A stretch of 64,000 nucleotides of DNA from the human T2T-CHM13v2.0 reference genome, Homo sapiens: assembly GCF_009914755.1 (NCBI RefSeq), contig NC_060935.1; one strand, 5' to 3'. A program made the position numbers and the translations under genes. Of the stretch, positions 57,580 through 64,000 are shown piece after piece; positions within the stretch are counted from its first letter, which is position 1, and each line of letters begins with the position of its first letter. The notes under the pieces are model-generated. The model was given only the letters and a program-made list of their open reading frames with translations. It searched no databases and was not told the DNA's origin.

Positions 57580-57696
57580 CTAAAAACATAGTTTTGGGAA
57601 ATTATATCTGTAATAATGAAACAGAAAAATAATTAAGACATTTAAAAATTCAACTTCTGTTTTTAACCATGAGGGAGCAACAAGGGCCAGACTTAC

Positions 57697-57710
57697 CACT
57701 TGAAATAATT
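57697..57710 (-). pseudogene. 3' stub of an SPG11-like exon cut off at an L1 junction
   Basis: Strong donor GTG|gtaagt at 57697, phase 1, matching the next exon. L1 ORF2 sequence abuts at ~57711. Confidence 0.4.
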
Positions 57711-60700
57711 GTTGTGTTTTTATTATCATATGTTTCAAAAAATTTTTCAGTTTCTTTCTTAATATCTTCATGGATCAACTGGTCATTCAAGAGCATATTG
57801 TTTAATTTCCATGTGTTTATATAGTTTAAAAATCCTCTTGTTATTGATTTCTATTTTACTTCCATTGTGGACAGAAAAAATACTTGACATTATTTGAATT
57901 TTTTGAATGTTTTAAGAATTGTTTTGTGGCCCACCATAGGATCTATTCTTGAGAATGATCCATGCACTGAGGAGAAGAATGTGTATTTTGCAGCCATTGG
58001 ATGGAACGTTCTGTAAATATGTATTACGTCCATTTGGACTATGGTGCAGTACAAGTCTGAGGTTTCTTTGTTGATTTTCTCTCTGGGAGATTTCTTCAAT
58101 GCTGAAAGTGTAGTTTTAAAGTCTCCAGCTATTATTGTATTGGGATCTATCTCTTTCTTTAGCTCTAATAATAGTTGCTTTATATGTCTGGTTGTTCCAG
58201 TGTTGGGTGCATATATATTTACAATTGTTATAACCTCTTGCTGAATTGACTTTTTTATCATTATATAATGATCTTTTTTTCTCTGTATATAGATTTTTTC
58301 TTGAAATCTATTTTGTCTGATATAAGTGTAGATACTTCTGCTCTTTTTGTTTGTTTATTTCCATTGGAATGAAATATCTTTTTCCATCCCTTTATTTTCA
58401 GTCTATATGTGTAGAGATTAATCCATTTACTTGTAATGTTATTCTTGATAAGTAAACACTCACTCCTGCCATTTTGTTATTTGGTTTTTGGTGGTTTGTG
58501 GTCTTTTCTTCCTTGTTTCCTTCCTGCCTGCCTTTCTTTTAGTGAAGGTGATGTTCTCTGATGGTATGGTTTAGCTCCTTGCTTGTTTCTTTAGTATTAG
58601 TTGTATATTTTTGATTTGAGGTTACCATGAGGCTTGCAAATAAAAGAGCCCATTATTTTAAACTGATAACAACACTGATTTCCTAAAAAAAAAAAAACTA
58701 GCCAAAACACAAGCAAATAGAAAATAAAAACTCTACACTTCAACTTCATTCCCCCAGTTTTTAACTTTTTGTTCTTTTCTACTTATATCTTACTGTACTG
58801 CCTATGTCAGGAAAAGTTGTGTAGTTATTATTTTTGTTTGTTTCATCTTTTTGTCTATTTAAGATATGAGTGGTTTACATATCATGATTCCAGTGCTATA
58901 ATATTCTGTGTGTTTCTGTGCACTTACTATTGCCAGTGAGCTTTGTACCTCAAGATAATTTCTTATTGCTCATTAACATTCTTTTCCTTCAGAATGAAGA
59001 ACTACCTTTAGCATTTCTTGTAGGACAGGTTCAGTGTTGATGAAAACCCTTTTGTTTGTCTGGGAAAATATTTCTCCTTCATGTTTGAAGCATATTTCGC
59101 TGGATATATTATTCTAGGAAAAATCTTTTCTTTTCCTTCAGCACTTTAAATATGTTATGCCACTCTCTCGGTCCATAAGGTTGCCACTGCAAAGTCTGCT
59201 GCCAGACATATTGCAGTTTCATTGTATGTTATTTGTTTATTTTATCTTGCTTCTTTTAAGATCCATTCTTTATTTTTGAGCTTTAGGAATTTGATTATTA
59301 AATGACTTGAGGTAGTCTTTTTTGGGTTAAATCTGCTTGGTGTTCTATAATTTTCTTGTGCTTGAATGTTGATATCTTTCTCTAGTTTGGGAAATTCTCT
59401 GTTATTATCCCTTTGAATAAACTTCTCTCTCTCTCTCTCTCTCTCTCTCCACCCTCCCCCCCACCCCACTTTAAGGCCGTTAACTCTTAGATTTGCCTTT
59501 TTGAGGCTATTTTCTTTTGAGGCTATTTTCTAGATCTTATAGACATGCTTTATTCTTTTTTATTATTTTTTCTTTTGTCTCCTCTGACTGTGTATTTTAA
59601 AATAGCCTGTCTTCAACCTCACTAATTATTTATTCTGCCTCATCTATTCTGCTATTAAAAGACTCTGATGCATTCTTCAGGATGTCAATTGCATTTTTCA
59701 ACTCTAGAATTTATGCTTGATTCTTTTTAATTATTTCAATCTCTGTTAAGTTTATCAGACAGAATTCTAAATTTTTTCTCTGTATTATCTTGAATCTCTC
59801 TGAGTTTTCTCAAAACAGATTTTTGAATTCTTTGTCTGAAATGTCACATATGTCTGCCTCTCTGGGCTTGGTCCTTGGTGCCTTATTTCACTTTTTTGGT
59901 CAGCTCATGTTTTTCTGGATGGTCTTGATGTTTTCCAGTGTCTGGGCATTAAAGAGTTTCATGTTTATTGTAGTCTTGGCAGTCTGGGCTTGTTTGTACC
60001 CATCCTTCTTGGTAAGGCTTTCCAGTTATTCAAAGGGACTTGAGTGTTGTGATCTACATTTTTGGTCACTGCAGCTATATCTGCATTAGGGGGCACCCCA
60101 AGCCCAGTAACGCTGTGCTTCTTGCAGCCTCACAGAGGCACCACATTGGTGGTCATGGATAAGATCTGGAAGAATTCTCTGGATTACCAGGCAGAGACTC
60201 TTGTTCTCTATCCCTATTTTCTCCCAAACAAATGGAGTCTCTCTTTCTGTGCTGAGCTCCCTGGAGCCGTAGGAGGGGTGACACTAGCACTCTGTGGCCA
60301 CCACCCCTGGGACTGTGTTGGGTTAGACCTGAAGCCAGCACAATACTAGGTCTCATCTAAGGCCCACTTTAACCACTACCTGGCTATTGTCTATGTTCTC
60401 TGAAGGCCCCAGGGCTCTAGAATCAGCAGATGACAAAGCCAGCCAGGCTTGTGTCCTTTTTTACAGGGCTGGGAGTTCCCCTGGGAACTGCTGGGTCCAG
60501 AGATGCTGTCAGGGAGCCAGGGCCTGGAGTCAGAAACCTTAAAAATCTACCTAGTACTCTATCATACTACAGCTGAGCTGGCACCAAAACCACAAGGCAA
60601 AGTTCTTCTCACTCTTCCCTCCCTTTTTCCCAGATACAGGAGTCTCTCTCCATGTCCAACTGCACCCCAGGCCTATAAGGACTACTGCCAGGCTACCATT

Positions 60701-61510
60701 AATGTTCACTTCAGGCCCAAGACCTGAAGGAGCTAAAGACTCACTACTCTGCCGAGTGCCCTATCCTACTGTGGCTAAGCTGGTATCCAAGTTGTAAGAC
60801 AAGGTCATCTTTACTCTTCTCTCTCCTCTTCTCAAGCAGAAGGCAGGGGTCTCCTTCAGAGCTGCAAGCTGTGCTGATTGAGGCTGGGTTAAGGGTGGTG
60901 CAACCACTCCCTTGGCTGACCAGCCAGTAACTCACTAGATCTTTTGCCCCCCAAGTCCAATGGCTCCAAGACCAGGACAGCACTAGGACTTGCCCAGGAG
61001 TTGCATTCCTTGTGGCCTAGACTGCCTTTCAAGTTTATTTAGAACCCCCAGAGCACTTCAGCCTGTGGTGGCAAGGCTTGCCAAAACTCAAGTTCCAACC
61101 ACTGGGATGGTTGACTTCCCTCTGGCTAGGGCCGGTCTAAATGCTCCCTCCATGGGCACTGGCTGAATTCTGACTGGTGTTGCTTTCCACTACATTAGGG
61201 CAGCACTGAGTCTCAATGAAAAGCCCTAAAATCGCTGTGCTCTCCCTCTCTCAAACACACAAATTCTCTCTCAGCACCACAGGATGCTGATGGTGTACAG
61301 GTTAGTGTTAACAATTCAAGACTGCTTTTCCTACCCTCTTCAATGTCTCTTTCACTGATATGAGTTTAAAACCAGGTGCTGTAATCACTCACCTAATTTT
61401 TGCATTTTATGAAGGTGTGTTTTTTTGTGTGTAGATAGCTGTTAAATTTTGTTTTCCTAAGGGGGGATGAGTGGTGGAGGCTTCCATTGAGCCATCTTGC
61501 TCTGTCTCCT
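57711..61510 (-). mobile_element. L1M 5' half (5'UTR, ORF1, endonuclease), 3'-truncated
   Basis: ORF 57890-58261 is the L1 endonuclease (NIYAPN, AGDF, SRID); 59242-59469 is ORF1; 5' end gagccatcttgc at ~61490. Confidence 0.9.
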
Positions 61511-62922
61511 CCTCTATGTTCATTATCTTGATGTGGTAAAGGTTTCACAGTTAATAGATAAGTCATAACCCTTTGAAAGTTAAATATATGTAGTACGTTA
61601 ATTAAACTTCCATAAAGCTGTAGAAGAAAAAAAATTAAAAATCTAATAAACAGTTTGAATTTTGAAACTAGTATTCTATTTGAACTTCGATATGTTAGTG
61701 ATCATTTCTGAGTCCCAGTTTTCTCATCTATAGAAAAGAAGGGTTGGATCAAATGACTTCTAAAGTTTTTTCAAGGTTAAATGCCTAATTCTTTTGTTTT
61801 ATGTGTTTATTATCTCAGGCATAATAGATTGTATATTTGTTCACAAATATGTGCTACTTCATCTCATGACCTCTCCCCTTATGGTAATTTCCTGTGGGTA
61901 GATTATATTCACAGTTGCATGACAGATTGGCTTGGCCATGTGATTTACTTTAGTCAATGAAAAGTAATTGGAAGTAAAATGATCAGAAGCTTTAAGACTA
62001 TGATTGTGCCCTATCCGTTACCCTTTTCCATGTGATTAATAAGTCCAAACAGGAGCTGCTTCTTCAGCCTGGGTTCCAGGATGAAGAAGATGTGGAGCAA
62101 AGCTGAAGACCTGCATGGGCATTAATGTGAGCCAGAAAGGAATATATTTTGATAAGCCTCTAAGGATTGAGGAGCTTTTGTTAATATTTGGTAAAACTAT
62201 CACTTGTAATAAGTTTGAAGTAAATACTGTATGTAATAAATTTTGGGCATTAAGCAAATAACATGAAAAACATAAGGCTCATAAGAATGAGTTAGTTGCA
62301 TGTGCTATTTCTCCTATCTGACCTTAAGCTTCATGAGTATGAGCAGTAGCAATTGTTCATTTAAAAAGAAAATGATGAGTTCAGAAAAATATATATATGT
62401 GTGTATATATATATATATGTGTGTGTGTGTGTATATATACACATATTTTTTGGCTGGTTTTCAAGTAGCACTTAAAGGGCACATAGAAAGTCTGGGAATT
62501 CTAGGTTGGGAAGATTAAACTAATTCTTAATTCTAACTAATGAATTATAAATTGGAAAGAACCACTGGGCAACCAAATGTAATTAACATTCAGCCACTAA
62601 ACCAGGACCAAATCAACAATATGCTGAAAAGCTTCTTTTCTTTTTTTTTTTTTTTTTGGATTGTTATCAGTGCTCTTGTCTTATTATTAATACATTTTAA
62701 AAGAAAAAACTTTGAATGGATTATGTTCTCTGAGGCCACAACAGTAGGAAATCTCTTCCTAGGGCTGGTCTAAATACTCCCTCCATGGGCACTAGCCAAG
62801 TTCTGACTGATGTTGCCTTCCACGGCATTAGGGCAGCACTGAGTTCCAATGAACAGCACTGTACTTGATTGAGGTGCTACATGTATAGCACACATTTATT
62901 ACAGAGTTGTTGGTTGGCTTAC

Positions 62923-63731
62923 TTCCTTCATGAGATGAGATTATCCACTGTGATACCTTCTCAACTGGAAGTCCTCTTCCAAATAATCAACTGGCTTCTA
63001 CCATTTCTGTGGCCTTTCTTATATCAAGAGTTTCTACTAATAATGTCATCAATGTTATCCCAAGTGAGTTCCCTGAAATACATATTTTGTAAAATGTTAA
63101 TGTGTTAGGCAAAAATGGGTTTGTGGTCAAATTAGTTTAGAATGCACACAGTTAAACAAAATTAAACAGTTTTATCTAGTATAGAACTTCTCGCAGATTT
63201 TAAAATGCCAATGGATATGGTGAATCTTCAACGAGGGACTTGATATGCAACATTTGCCAAACTTATTTGACCACAGAACGCTTTTTTTCCCCTAGTGCAT
63301 TTTGCATATTTTATAATCTATGGAAAACACATAGAATTTAATATTCTATGGAAAAACTATTTCAACACTGTGGGAAACACTAAATGTATGTTAACATCTA
63401 CGTTTTAGCCCAACTTTACTTCATGTGGTGACTTCCATGATACTAAGAATAATTAGAAGCAATGATGACAAATCTTAAATTTTTGCTTCAGGTTCTTTTC
63501 TATGCATTTCTATATTCCATAAGGACTTGAATAATCAATACATTCTTTGTTCCTTCATTGTGCCATGTTTATAGCTCAATTACAGCACTTCTTTCCAGCT
63601 GAGAAACTGCCTTTTGTTGTCCCCAATGCAGCAACACGTGGCCCTGGTTCAATGGGAAGGAAGCCAATCATATCTAGTTGCTGGCCCAATGCCTGGCACA
63701 CCAATTGAAAGCTATGTATGAGCATGGAGCC
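62923..63731 (-). pseudogene. SPG11-like exon, N-terminal region; interrupted by Charlie4a
   Basis: Acceptor ctttttag|GGCTCCATG at 63731; donor GAA|gtaagc at 62923. Reads MLIHSFQLVC..., LFKSLWNIE (~FWHFLWED), LRFVIIASNY//LSIMEV (~KLLALGENYELLIYEF), ...QWIISSHEG (~LRILSFHNN). Confidence 0.65.
63050..63382 (+). mobile_element. Charlie4a-like hAT element
   Basis: TIRs caatgttatccca...tgggaaacacta; internal gtggtcaaat/aacttatttgaccacagaac; degenerate TSD aatgtcat/aatgtatg. Confidence 0.75.
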
Positions 63732-64000
63732 CTAAAAAGAGTTCTGAAAAAGTGTTGAAAAGTTGCTTATCTTGCTGGGTCTCTCCAGCCCCTTCCCCTC
63801 CTTTTCTGTTCATGCCATTTTCCAGCATCTTTGAGATATACTATTGCCCTTTGTTCGTTCATTATTCCCATTAACTCTGCTAGTTAATCCCCTCAATGTT
63901 CTCCAGATATGTTCTGTGCTTTCATTTCCTGCCTCTGCTCTGGTTGTCCCTTTTTCCCAAATGTCCCTTATTTCCACATAGGCAAGACTGCTTATCCTTC

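Noticed and set aside
62300-62630. Further candidate exons (HIVDLVLV*WLNVNYIW; NEQLLLLILMKLK)
   Set aside because: The position is plausible, but splice sites and similarity are too weak to list as features.
62923-63072. Clean 150-nt exon with acceptor at 63073
   Set aside because: That acceptor lies inside the Charlie4a element, so it is not an ancestral boundary.

Overview
AT-rich, repeat-rich primate genomic DNA, most likely human (AluJ/S/Y, L1PB/L1MA/L1ME, THE1/MST/MLT1, MER50, LTR8, MER5A, Charlie4a, MER2, MIR, L2). I found no intact protein-coding gene; the longer ORFs in the track are mostly L1 or Alu debris. The unique DNA between the repeats holds a chain of about 30 decayed minus-strand exon remnants, from ~63.7 kb down to and past base 1. 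Most have GT-AG boundaries and many have matching codon phases, but they carry stops and frameshifts. Their translations align by eye, in colinear order, to human spatacsin (SPG11) from the N-terminus to roughly residue 2100, at remote-homolog identity. I read the window as an ancient unprocessed pseudogene of a divergent SPG11 paralog. It has a different exon structure, an apparent duplication of one helical unit, and old hAT transposons inside its coding exons. The SPG11 comparison is from my memory of the protein and was not computed, so it needs tblastn/HMM confirmation. Repeat subfamily names are also from recall.
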